Below, piece after piece: positions 44,662-52,429 of a stretch of 64,000 nt of DNA; position 1 is the stretch's first letter, and each line of letters starts with the position of its first letter. The notes beneath the pieces were generated by a model. That model was given only the letters and a program-made list of their open reading frames with translations. It did no database searches and was not told where the DNA came from. The DNA is from a virus. A program made the translations under genes and the position numbers. The stretch covers positions 7,466 through 71,465 of the IMG/VR virus record IMGVR_UViG_3300037342_000011, one strand, 5' to 3'.

Positions 44662-45279
44662 TCACCGACTGGCTTGGTATTTAGCCACGCTGGCATACAA
44701 ATTTGGCGCTTTGTTGTAAGTGCCACGCAGGGCCTCAACGTGTCCACAGTCCTGATGGCTGAATGCGCAACCGCTGTACAGCCCATCTCGTTTTATGAGA
44801 CCGTCGGAGTGATACATGAATGACGAAGTTCTCCCCCAACCAGTCTGGTCTATGTCGCAGGCCGCGCCAATGCCGTGGTTACTGCCAGGAACATGACCCC
44901 TGGCAAAACAAGTGATGAATTTTGGCCTGTGCCCTTCCGCGACAAGGTCGGCTATGAGCGCCTGAAACTTTGCCGCATAGGCGGCGTGAACTGTGATGTC
45001 GATACCGGCAGCCGTCGTTACCACCACGCAACCTTGGCACATGCCACGAGATGCAGTGTGGCGATGTTGGTTTGCCGATCCCTTCTCTCGCCGACTTGAA
45101 CTTATAGTCTGTGACGCAGTAGTTTCATAAGCAGGCCGCGCCGCAACGTCGTAAGTTTGCCCAGCGTTAACATGAGCCACCGCTATCTTGTGATGGTGGT
45201 GTCGATGATGAGCTTCCGCCGCGTTGTTGATTAAGAGAGCCGCTGCTATGGCGACTGCTGTTCGGATAAACTTATTCAT
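44662..45279 (-). CDS. Secreted M15-like Zn peptidase (cell-wall hydrolase candidate)
   Basis: Signal peptide, His tract, SNHGIGAACD...GHVE ligand pattern. Confidence 0.65.
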   Translation of the reverse strand: MNKFIRTAVAIAAALLINNAAEAHHRHHHHKIAVAHVNAGQTYDVAARPAYETTASQTISSSRREKGSANQHRHTASRGMCQGCVVVTTAAGIDITVHAAYAAKFQALIADLVAEGHRPKFITCFARGHVPGSNHGIGAACDIDQTGWGRTSSFMYHSDGLIKRDGLYSGCAFSHQDCGHVEALRGTYNKAPNLYASVAKYQASR

Positions 45280-45397
45280 TGGCTTGCCCCTCCTTTGAGG
45301 CGGTGTCTTTGAATCGTTTGCCGGATGGCAGTGACGTAGTGCGCTTTCCTCCTATGGTTGTTGGGGAACGTTTTTATATGTTATCTTTTAATAAAGG

Positions 45398-45748
45398 TCA
45401 ACCGCCCGCCCCTGCGATGAAACACCGTATTGTCGTTGTACCGTCTTCGCCAGTCATCGGCCAAACTACAGCTTGGCCAAATTTATTAGGAACGGTCACT
45501 AAAGCGTCGTTGGGCACGTCTATCCACTTGCCGTCAAGGTGAACCCGATAATGGCCGTCCTTCGAGTCCCAATCTACGTCCTCAACGGTCTTGCCGTCGG
45601 CAACCGAGCAGCACAACCCCTTCTCGCTCTTGAGACTATTGAACCAAGGCTTGAGAGGGTCGGCAGCGTGTTGGCCGTCAAGGTCGCGGGCTTGCGCTGA
45701 GAAGGCGAGCGTGGCTAGAGCGACCAGAGCACTAAGCGTTCTTCGCAT
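45398..45748 (-). CDS. Secreted Cys-containing protein
   Basis: Signal peptide; WFNSL...CCSVADG...IRCF. Confidence 0.7.
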   Translation of the reverse strand: MRRTLSALVALATLAFSAQARDLDGQHAADPLKPWFNSLKSEKGLCCSVADGKTVEDVDWDSKDGHYRVHLDGKWIDVPNDALVTVPNKFGQAVVWPMTGEDGTTTIRCFIAGAGG

Positions 45749-46142
45749 CAATCTTATGTTCCATGCGCTGAAGGTCTGTGCGAATTTCAGCTCTGAGCGC
45801 GGCCATACTTTCAACGACTTGCTTGATGGCTTCTCCAAAGCTGTCTCGCCGCACATAGTTGTTGGCTGCGTTAAGTTCGATGTCGGCAATTTTTTGTTTG
45901 AGAGCCATTATGGTTTCGCCAAAATCGTGCGTTGTCTTGTAAAGTTCGTGGCGAACAGTAACAAATTCGCTCCAGACCTTAGAAAATTCTTTGTTTCGCT
46001 CGGCTTCTTTGTCACTGATTAAAGTCACAACTTCGGTTTTGATATCACCGATCAGCTGCGTCATTCGTATGCTACCGGCTATGAACGCAAGTACAAGCAC
46101 AACAGTGTTAGTGCCGAACGCAATCCATAATTCTTCGCTCAC
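45732..46142 (-). CDS. Membrane-anchored coiled-coil protein (lysis region)
   Basis: N-terminal TM; YVRRDSF...IRTDLQRMEHKID. Confidence 0.7.
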   Translation of the reverse strand: MSEELWIAFGTNTVVLVLAFIAGSIRMTQLIGDIKTEVVTLISDKEAERNKEFSKVWSEFVTVRHELYKTTHDFGETIMALKQKIADIELNAANNYVRRDSFGEAIKQVVESMAALRAEIRTDLQRMEHKIDAKNA

Positions 46143-46405
46143 TGGTCACCTGACAATTGAATTTTGAGATGGTCTTCTAGTTTCTTGATGTGCCTTTCCA
46201 GCCTTCCTATTTCCTTATCAACTTGAAAGTGAAAAGCGGGCATCACCGGGTAGATATAGTCGTTCCACGTCGTCACCGCCGTCGGTATGCCGATAAACAC
46301 GCCGAACAATGCGCCGATAAAAGTTATCTTCGCGGACAGCGACATGCGCCAAAATGTGTCCAATAAGTTGCGGTGGACCGGAACCTTCGGCGGCTTCTTA
46401 GCCAT
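46139..46405 (-). CDS. Small membrane protein
   Basis: One TM helix, coupled genes. Confidence 0.6.
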   Translation of the reverse strand: MAKKPPKVPVHRNLLDTFWRMSLSAKITFIGALFGVFIGIPTAVTTWNDYIYPVMPAFHFQVDKEIGRLERHIKKLEDHLKIQLSGDQ

Positions 46406-46646
46406 GGTCAGCGTACTCGCTTGGAGTGCTTTGAACTGGCGGGGCCGGAGTCAGTTCAACTTTTAGTAACGCGACAAAATCGTCCAGAAGCCCGTTGGTG
46501 TTGAGCTTGGGGTCCTGAACCTTCAGCCACGGGCTAAGAGCGGCCATCAAACTCGGCAGCGGCGACGGCTCGGCGCTCGGCGGAAAGGCCACGCCGAAGT
46601 CGTCTTTGTGTTTCTCGGCAAACTCTATCAAGGCAAAGTAGTTCAT
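46398..46646 (-). CDS. Hypothetical protein
   Basis: GAGGG SD; ATGA overlap. Confidence 0.6.
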   Translation of the reverse strand: MNYFALIEFAEKHKDDFGVAFPPSAEPSPLPSLMAALSPWLKVQDPKLNTNGLLDDFVALLKVELTPAPPVQSTPSEYADHG

Positions 46647-46924
46647 GAGTTGCCCTCGTTCTGCGTTGTGCGGTCCATCCACGCATTAGTCTCTTCCTGC
46701 GTCATCGGCCTGGACTTGCTGATGATGTAGGCTAGAAGAGCTATAACCGCGCCCGCCCCAGGGAAGAACATATTGGCGATGTCTTCCAGTATCGTTAAAG
46801 CAGTTGGCTCTAAATCCGCGACAACTTGCTCGGCACTCATGCCCCCTATGATGCGGTCCACCACAACGGGGCCAAGAATAACCCTGGCCCCGTCTTCGTG
46901 GATGTTTCCTACTAAGTAGGGCAT
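46643..46924 (-). CDS. Hypothetical membrane-associated protein
   Basis: 93 aa; PGAGAVIALLAYII. Confidence 0.6.
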   Translation of the reverse strand: MPYLVGNIHEDGARVILGPVVVDRIIGGMSAEQVVADLEPTALTILEDIANMFFPGAGAVIALLAYIISKSRPMTQEETNAWMDRTTQNEGNS

Positions 46925-47260
46925 TTATTTGTGGTACTTGGACGCTGCCAAGAAGTGACCGGTGATCGTCACGCCGTTGACGGTAGGAAGAACGCCGCGC
47001 AACCGAGCCGACTTGTTGGATGCGATGACTGCCGTACATACCTGGTTTGCAAGCGTGCCTACCGAGGTGATCGTTCCATTGGCGTTGAGCAACGCAGCCA
47101 CCACCTGGGCGTCCGGCACGAAGTTACAAGCTGCAATGACCGCCGCCGTGACTTGCTGGGCCGTCGGAACCGTCAATGACGGCAACACGATGCCCGAGCC
47201 AGAACAAGCCGCCAGCGCGAGTGCCGCACCGGCCAGCAGCATCATTTTAATCTTCCGCAT
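46925..47260 (-). CDS. Lipoprotein (possible spanin component)
   Basis: Lipobox LAAC after hydrophobic signal; GGAG SD. Confidence 0.7.
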   Translation of the reverse strand: MRKIKMMLLAGAALALAACSGSGIVLPSLTVPTAQQVTAAVIAACNFVPDAQVVAALLNANGTITSVGTLANQVCTAVIASNKSARLRGVLPTVNGVTITGHFLAASKYHK

Positions 47261-47278
47261 AATTTATTCTCCCTCGTG

Positions 47279-49042
47279 TTAAGCGGTCAACGCCGCCACG
47301 TCACTCCGAAGTTGATCCGCGCTGAAGCCCTCTGGAGTGAGGGAGTTCCTCAACGTCTCAAGACTGATGTAAGCGATTGCTTCGTCGCAATTCGCCGTAT
47401 AATACTCCGGGGTCATGGCGTGGAGTCTACCCCACGTTACAACGATGAAATTCCCGGCGCTGTTGCGCCCAACGCACGGAACATAATGCCCCCCGTCGGT
47501 GCCGACGCCGAGGGTGACTGTCCAAGGCTTACCCGCGTTGAATTGGTCCTCCGCGTCGCTCGGTAAGCGCAGCCCCACGCCCGCAGCCCCCGTTAGGTAG
47601 GCCGCGAGCGCGAGCTGGCCTACGTCGCCAGGGAGGAGCGCAACGTAGCTGTCAATTAGATGTCGTCGCCCCAAGGCGTCCAGCACGCCGGTCTTTTGGC
47701 GATAACTAGCGGCCACCTGCATATCGGTTCCTTGGTCGCTAGTCGGGTCCGACGGGGAAAAGCCTGTGCAAGCAGCGTAATCTGAGAGCACCGACGATAC
47801 ATCGAACAGTACTCGGTTCGCTGCCTCGTGGTTGAACACCATACTCTCGTGAGCAGCGCCCGCCCAAACGCAGTTATGGACAATAATTCCGTTTGCTATA
47901 TACCATCTAGAATCAGTAGAAAGGTCATATACGTGGGTTCCAAGATACCTTTGAACGTTGATGTCAACTATGCAATCGGTCTCTACGAGGCCGGGGAAAG
48001 CATTGAAGAAATTGGAAGGAAGTTGGGGGTCAGTGGAATGACCATAGATAGACGGATGCGAAGTGCTGGCTACAATACGCGAAGGAGCAGCGCCAGTTAC
48101 GGACAAATCCATCGAGATAGACGATATGGGGATGTCAGTGCCGCAATCAAAATGTACGTTGATGGGGCTACTCTTTCTGATTCCCATCAAGCCTTTGCCA
48201 TACCAAGAAGGCATTTGGAAAAAGCTATTATTGCGGCTGGAGAAACTTTGCGCACTCAGGCTCAATCTCTTGGTTTGCGGTATGCCCACATGACTGTAAG
48301 CGAGCGACGGTCTGTAACCGCCTATGCCAATATCGCCAAGCGAGGGCGCAAGGCTTCTGAAAAATCCTTGCATAAACGCGCATGTACGATGGAAAGGACT
48401 CTTCAGCTGGCGAGTAGGGCTGATCTTTTGTTTTGCATGTGGATGGCGCAAAGAGGCATCAAGTTCACTCCTCAAAAAGCTGTCGGCCCGTACAACATCG
48501 ACTGTGCTATTGATGAACTTCTCGTCGCCGTGGAGATCAACGGCGATTGGCATTATTTTCCTGGTAAAACCGACACTGAGAGAAAGAGACGAGAATATGT
48601 CATCAACGCTGGTTGGCACATTATCGATATTAACATTGCATCCAGAGGGGTTGGAAAAAAGTGGAAGTGGCTTCGACCCGCAAGTGCCGACAAGGTAGTC
48701 ATCATGCTTGAGGAATTTCGCTCGGATAAAACCGCGCTTAGTAAGCACAGCGTGATTGGGGGTGACGGTGAGCCGCTTTCCTGAAGCAGTTTTTATTTCA
48801 ACCACCGGCCCATTGTAGGATGCTCGATAAGCGCCAGTGATATTTGACGCGCTTACGTTTGTTCCTTCGACAAGACAACATCCATATTTGTCGTTTGCCA
48901 ACATCCCCCAATCCTCGCCGACCGCGTAATGGCCGAACTCGGGCGGGGGCACCGGCAACGCGGGGGCGTTGAAATACGCGCCGAATTTAAGGCTGACCGC
49001 ATCTGGTCGAGCGGGGGCCTTTCCGAGTTTGAAGCGGTTCAT
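47279..49042 (-). CDS. Papain-like cysteine peptidase interrupted by an intein
   Basis: Spliced product about 252 aa: NDKYGC|CVWAG, DQGT, GGHYVPCVG, VTWG. Confidence 0.85.
   Translation of the reverse strand: MNRFKLGKAPARPDAVSLKFGAYFNAPALPVPPPEFGHYAVGEDWGMLANDKYGCCLVEGTNVSASNITGAYRASYNGPVVEIKTASGKRLTVTPNHAVLTKRGFIRAKFLKHDDYLVGTCGSKPLPLFSNPSGCNVNIDNVPTSVDDIFSSLSLSVGFTRKIMPIAVDLHGDEKFINSTVDVVRADSFLRSELDASLRHPHAKQKISPTRQLKSPFHRTCAFMQGFFRSLAPSLGDIGIGGYRPSLAYSHVGIPQTKRLSLSAQSFSSRNNSFFQMPSWYGKGLMGIRKSSPINVHFDCGTDIPISSISMDLSVTGAAPSRIVASTSHPSIYGHSTDPQLPSNFFNAFPGLVETDCIVDINVQRYLGTHVYDLSTDSRWYIANGIIVHNCVWAGAAHESMVFNHEAANRVLFDVSSVLSDYAACTGFSPSDPTSDQGTDMQVAASYRQKTGVLDALGRRHLIDSYVALLPGDVGQLALAAYLTGAAGVGLRLPSDAEDQFNAGKPWTVTLGVGTDGGHYVPCVGRNSAGNFIVVTWGRLHAMTPEYYTANCDEAIAYISLETLRNSLTPEGFSADQLRSDVAALTA
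47873..48877 (-). mobile_element. Class 1 intein (335 aa)
   Basis: Block A CLVEGTNV, block B LTVTPNHAVLT, block F HVYDLST...YIANGI, block G VHN followed by Cys+1. Confidence 0.93.
47933..48784 (+). CDS. Antisense-encoded homing endonuclease: 2 HTH repeats + DUF559/Vsr-like nuclease
   Basis: AGAAAGGT SD-N7-GTG; LYEAGESIEEIGRKLGVS HTH; Q..VGPYNIDCAI..LLVAVEINGDWH...GWHII. Confidence 0.85.
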   Translation: MGSKIPLNVDVNYAIGLYEAGESIEEIGRKLGVSGMTIDRRMRSAGYNTRRSSASYGQIHRDRRYGDVSAAIKMYVDGATLSDSHQAFAIPRRHLEKAIIAAGETLRTQAQSLGLRYAHMTVSERRSVTAYANIAKRGRKASEKSLHKRACTMERTLQLASRADLLFCMWMAQRGIKFTPQKAVGPYNIDCAIDELLVAVEINGDWHYFPGKTDTERKRREYVINAGWHIIDINIASRGVGKKWKWLRPASADKVVIMLEEFRSDKTALSKHSVIGGDGEPLS

Positions 49043-49281
49043 TTTGGTACTGCGGTAGCGATGACCGGGGTGGTCGCCCCCGGCACAGTCACCATGGAGT
49101 TCTCAGGAACCTTCGCCATGTTCCAATGGTCGTAGGTGCCGTAGCCTAGCACGATTGCATCGGCAATATCAGAGGCGAAGGCTGGCAGCGTGTTGCTGTC
49201 GGCGTGAAACTTCGCCGCGAGTGGCGTGAGCACCATCAGCAGAACCTTGATAATGAGGGACTTAATTTCGTCTTGGTTCAC
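49039..49281 (-). CDS. Holin-like small membrane protein
   Basis: GGGAG SD; two hydrophobic segments; follows endolysin. Confidence 0.6.
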   Translation of the reverse strand: MNQDEIKSLIIKVLLMVLTPLAAKFHADSNTLPAFASDIADAIVLGYGTYDHWNMAKVPENSMVTVPGATTPVIATAVPK

Positions 49282-49296
49282 AGCAAGTCTCCCTGG

Positions 49297-49950
49297 TTAC
49301 AGTTTAGATTCGATTTCGCTAAGAAGCGACGGTGACGCTGGGGCGGCTTGAGCGGGGGGTGCTCCGCTCCACTCCGCCGCGAGGTTGGGGCCGGAATAGA
49401 GGTTCAAGTCCAAATTGCCGGCGGTCCCCGGCAACCGCCCGGTCTCGCTGTACTGCCACAGCCAAGGCGTCACCCAGCTTGCTTGTGCGTGGGGGGTCGG
49501 GCCGTACTGCGGCAGCCACAAACGGTGCGAGCCTAAGAAAGCGTCGGCGTGCGTTCCAAGTATGTCTTTCACCCGGTTGCCGGAGTACAGTACGAGCTTC
49601 CGGCCAAGTTTCAAATCGGCAATCTTGAGGAACTGAATGGCTTGGTCGATAGACATGTTGCTTGCCGGGTTGTCCTCAAAATCCAACGCCATAAGTGTGG
49701 AGGCGTCTGGGTTGGCGTGGCTAAAGAACTCGTCAACCTGGGCTTGAACGTCCTGGCCGGTGTTGAACGTGTAAGCCCCCCACAGCAAGCCTGCCGCGAG
49801 CGCGGCTTGGCGTCGCTCCGCATACGCGGGGTCGGCTATGTTTGCCCCTTGGGTTGCTTTATGAATGACGCCGAGAACCCCGGCGGCTTTCAAAGCCGCA
49901 AAGTCGGTGATTGTATCGCCGTGGTAGATGTCGATTACGTTTGGAGTCAC
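49297..49950 (-). CDS. Endolysin, GH25 muramidase
   Basis: VIDIYH, IHKATQG, WGAY.F, ALDFE, WLWQYS, LDLN. Confidence 0.92.
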   Translation of the reverse strand: MTPNVIDIYHGDTITDFAALKAAGVLGVIHKATQGANIADPAYAERRQAALAAGLLWGAYTFNTGQDVQAQVDEFFSHANPDASTLMALDFEDNPASNMSIDQAIQFLKIADLKLGRKLVLYSGNRVKDILGTHADAFLGSHRLWLPQYGPTPHAQASWVTPWLWQYSETGRLPGTAGNLDLNLYSGPNLAAEWSGAPPAQAAPASPSLLSEIESKL

Positions 49951-49963
49951 TGTATATTCCCTG

Positions 49964-50428
49964 TTATTGAAGACCCGTGCAGTTGTAATCCACTAGATTG
50001 CTGGATGTGGCGGTTTGGGTGAGCGTGATGGCCGTTGTGCTGACCGTATAATTCGTTGATGTCAACCCGGTTTGCCACTTAACAATGCAAACGGGTTTGC
50101 TGGTGTAAGCGACCGGGAAAGTAATAACGCACCCCGTGGGTGAGCCGGTGCCCATCGTCACTTCGCCAACTTGCCCGTTTCCGATAACGCTCGGGCTAGT
50201 TCCACAGGATGTCAGCGTAGGGGGTGCGCCGCTGAAACGAAGCAGCCCTTGCATCACGTCGCCCGCCTTGTTGACGGGGGTGTAGCCGAGGGCGTTTTGC
50301 TTGGCGTTGAAACAAGCGGTCCACTGTCCAGGCGTCAGCACGAGCCCCAAATAAAACGATGGGCACGTCACCTGCGCGCAAGCGATAGACGGCATAAGGA
50401 AAAACAAAAGTGCGAGAATTTTCTTCAT
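49964..50428 (-). CDS. Signal-peptide-bearing beta-rich protein
   Basis: MKKILALLFF signal; LGYTPVNKAGD motif. Confidence 0.7.
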   Translation of the reverse strand: MKKILALLFFLMPSIACAQVTCPSFYLGLVLTPGQWTACFNAKQNALGYTPVNKAGDVMQGLLRFSGAPPTLTSCGTSPSVIGNGQVGEVTMGTGSPTGCVITFPVAYTSKPVCIVKWQTGLTSTNYTVSTTAITLTQTATSSNLVDYNCTGLQ

Positions 50429-50435
50429 GTTTCCC

Positions 50436-51743
50436 TCAATACACGATTACGTATTGGACGTAGATGTTAACCGGCCTCGTTTCGGCCCCGGACGACCCTG
50501 AGATGTTTGCCGTACCTGAAAGAGTTCCCCAAACATTGAATGGAAGAGTATACGGGCCAGAAACATAGACACCCGCCAATAAAGAAACTGGGTCAAAACC
50601 TGAGTCGCCCCCCAAAGCTAAAGGCGACGGATTTAGTAGAGTTGGGTATGGTGCAGGGTTTGTTGGGTTCCCAACCATCGGATTGTTGAGAACGAAAGCA
50701 ACGCCCGTCATTGTAATTGGTCCAGCCTCGCCTAGCTGGTTGGTACCGACGTGGTCTCCGGTTGTGCCGTCGCCTCGATTTGTGCGCGTACTGGCGTTGG
50801 GGTCGAGCCCGCGCCCGTGATCCCACCCGCGCAAAACCTCGCCGCGATAGTCCGGTAGCGTGAACGTAGTCACCCCGTCGCCACCGTAGCCGTTGCTTAT
50901 CGCGTTGAACAAATTTGGGTACGAAGCGATAAGTTGAAGTGACCCGTCGCACTCTAGCGTGCCGGTGAATGGGATGCCATTCGGCTTGGGGTTGATGATG
51001 ACCATGCCTGATTGAAGACCGCTTGAAGGCGTTGATAGCGGGCCTGGGCTGGTAATTTGGAAATATGTACCGTCGCTGTACCCCTCGACGATTTGCCCCG
51101 CGCGACTAATTTGCCCCACGCTAAGGGGGTTGCCGTTGCTATTGATCATTGTCAGAGCAGAGAAACCGTTAATGGCAATCGTCGGATTGTTGATTGTGTT
51201 GGCGTGGTTAGCCACAAATCTAATCGGGGACCCTTTGATCGACGCGAGTGATGCTGGGGCCGGGGAAAGCGTAATCACAACCGCGTTAGCCGCGCCGCTA
51301 TCATAAGCGAAATTGCCGCCTTGTATTTGGATGAGCGCGTCGGGGAACATCGTCCACCCCGAACCGCCCGCGTCGGGGTTCGTAGCGTTGTTGTCCGCCG
51401 TTGAATACCAATAGTGGCCTGCCGTTGCCGATTTGAGCAAAGCGCCGTTTTGGTACCCGCCCACTGTCGTTGAGAACGCCACGTCGTACCCGACGAGAGC
51501 GCCGCCGGCAGCGACCCACTGGAGCCACGCTGTAATTTGAAACAGCGCCCCGTTCATATCAGCGCCCCACGGCGGGTTACCACCGCTCGCCTCGGGCTCG
51601 AAAGTTGTAGCGGGGAAACCAGTCGATAGCGAGGCCCTGCCGGCAGACGAGGTTGTAAGCGGCACGGGCGTCGTGATAAATCCCGTTGTCGCTTGATACG
51701 CGAACGGTTGCTCGAATTTGGTCGGGATCGAGGAGGATAGCAT
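50436..51743 (-). CDS. Tail fiber protein with collar domain
   Basis: RASLSTGFP...DMNG; CDGS...YPNLFNAI...YG.DG.TTFTLPDYRG..LRGWD.GRG.D; ETRP.N. Confidence 0.88.
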   Translation of the reverse strand: MLSSSIPTKFEQPFAYQATTGFITTPVPLTTSSAGRASLSTGFPATTFEPEASGGNPPWGADMNGALFQITAWLQWVAAGGALVGYDVAFSTTVGGYQNGALLKSATAGHYWYSTADNNATNPDAGGSGWTMFPDALIQIQGGNFAYDSGAANAVVITLSPAPASLASIKGSPIRFVANHANTINNPTIAINGFSALTMINSNGNPLSVGQISRAGQIVEGYSDGTYFQITSPGPLSTPSSGLQSGMVIINPKPNGIPFTGTLECDGSLQLIASYPNLFNAISNGYGGDGVTTFTLPDYRGEVLRGWDHGRGLDPNASTRTNRGDGTTGDHVGTNQLGEAGPITMTGVAFVLNNPMVGNPTNPAPYPTLLNPSPLALGGDSGFDPVSLLAGVYVSGPYTLPFNVWGTLSGTANISGSSGAETRPVNIYVQYVIVY

Positions 51744-51748
51744 GTTGG

Positions 51749-52429
51749 TTAGCTTCCTGGGTAGACGACTGAGAATGAAACGCCGGTCGGGGTCGGCATA
51801 ACTCCGGACTGCGTTAAAATGGACAACTCGACTGGGTTAGGAACAAAATTGAACGTGTACGTCATAGTCATGTTGCCGCCGTCGGTGCAGTAAGCCTGCC
51901 CCCCCGATTGGCCGAACAACAAAGTCAGCAAGCGGTTGATCGACGGTATTGAACCGTCGCAGATATTGCTGAAGGCTTTCGCTAGAATTAAAGTACGGAA
52001 ACCATCGTCGGTTAAAATGTAATTTTCGGTTAGTTTCTCGCCAGAATACCAGGGTGATTGATTAAACGGGTCGTAATCAAGATCGCCGCCCTCTTCCCAC
52101 CCTAAATACTTAGGCCCGGCACCGATATGCAGCACGCGATTGACCGCCACGATTGTGCCCCAGCAATCTAGGCCATAGCCTTGGGCGGTGTTAACGTTCC
52201 ACATCAAATCGTAGAATTGGTCGAGGTTTGCAGTCTGGTCAACGTATTGAAAGAAGTTTCCAATCAGCGTCGTCAACCGAGGCGAGTTTGCGTACTGACT
52301 AATGACGGTCTGCCACCAATCATAAGGTGGTATGGACCCAATCTGGCTAACGCCGATGGTAAACTCGCCGATGGCGTTCGAGCCGGGCGCAGGCCCCGGC
52401 GGGTACGGGCTGTACTCTTGAGAACTCAC
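51749..52429 (-). CDS. Baseplate wedge protein (DUF2612)
   Basis: TVISQYANSP...WNVNTAQGYGLD.WG.IV. Confidence 0.88.
   Translation of the reverse strand: MSSQEYSPYPPGPAPGSNAIGEFTIGVSQIGSIPPYDWWQTVISQYANSPRLTTLIGNFFQYVDQTANLDQFYDLMWNVNTAQGYGLDCWGTIVAVNRVLHIGAGPKYLGWEEGGDLDYDPFNQSPWYSGEKLTENYILTDDGFRTLILAKAFSNICDGSIPSINRLLTLLFGQSGGQAYCTDGGNMTMTYTFNFVPNPVELSILTQSGVMPTPTGVSFSVVYPGS

Noticed and set aside
47876-47901. Promoter for the antisense endonuclease (ATGGAC-N14-CTATAT)
   Set aside because: Spacing too short for a confident sigma70 call; the promoter remains unidentified
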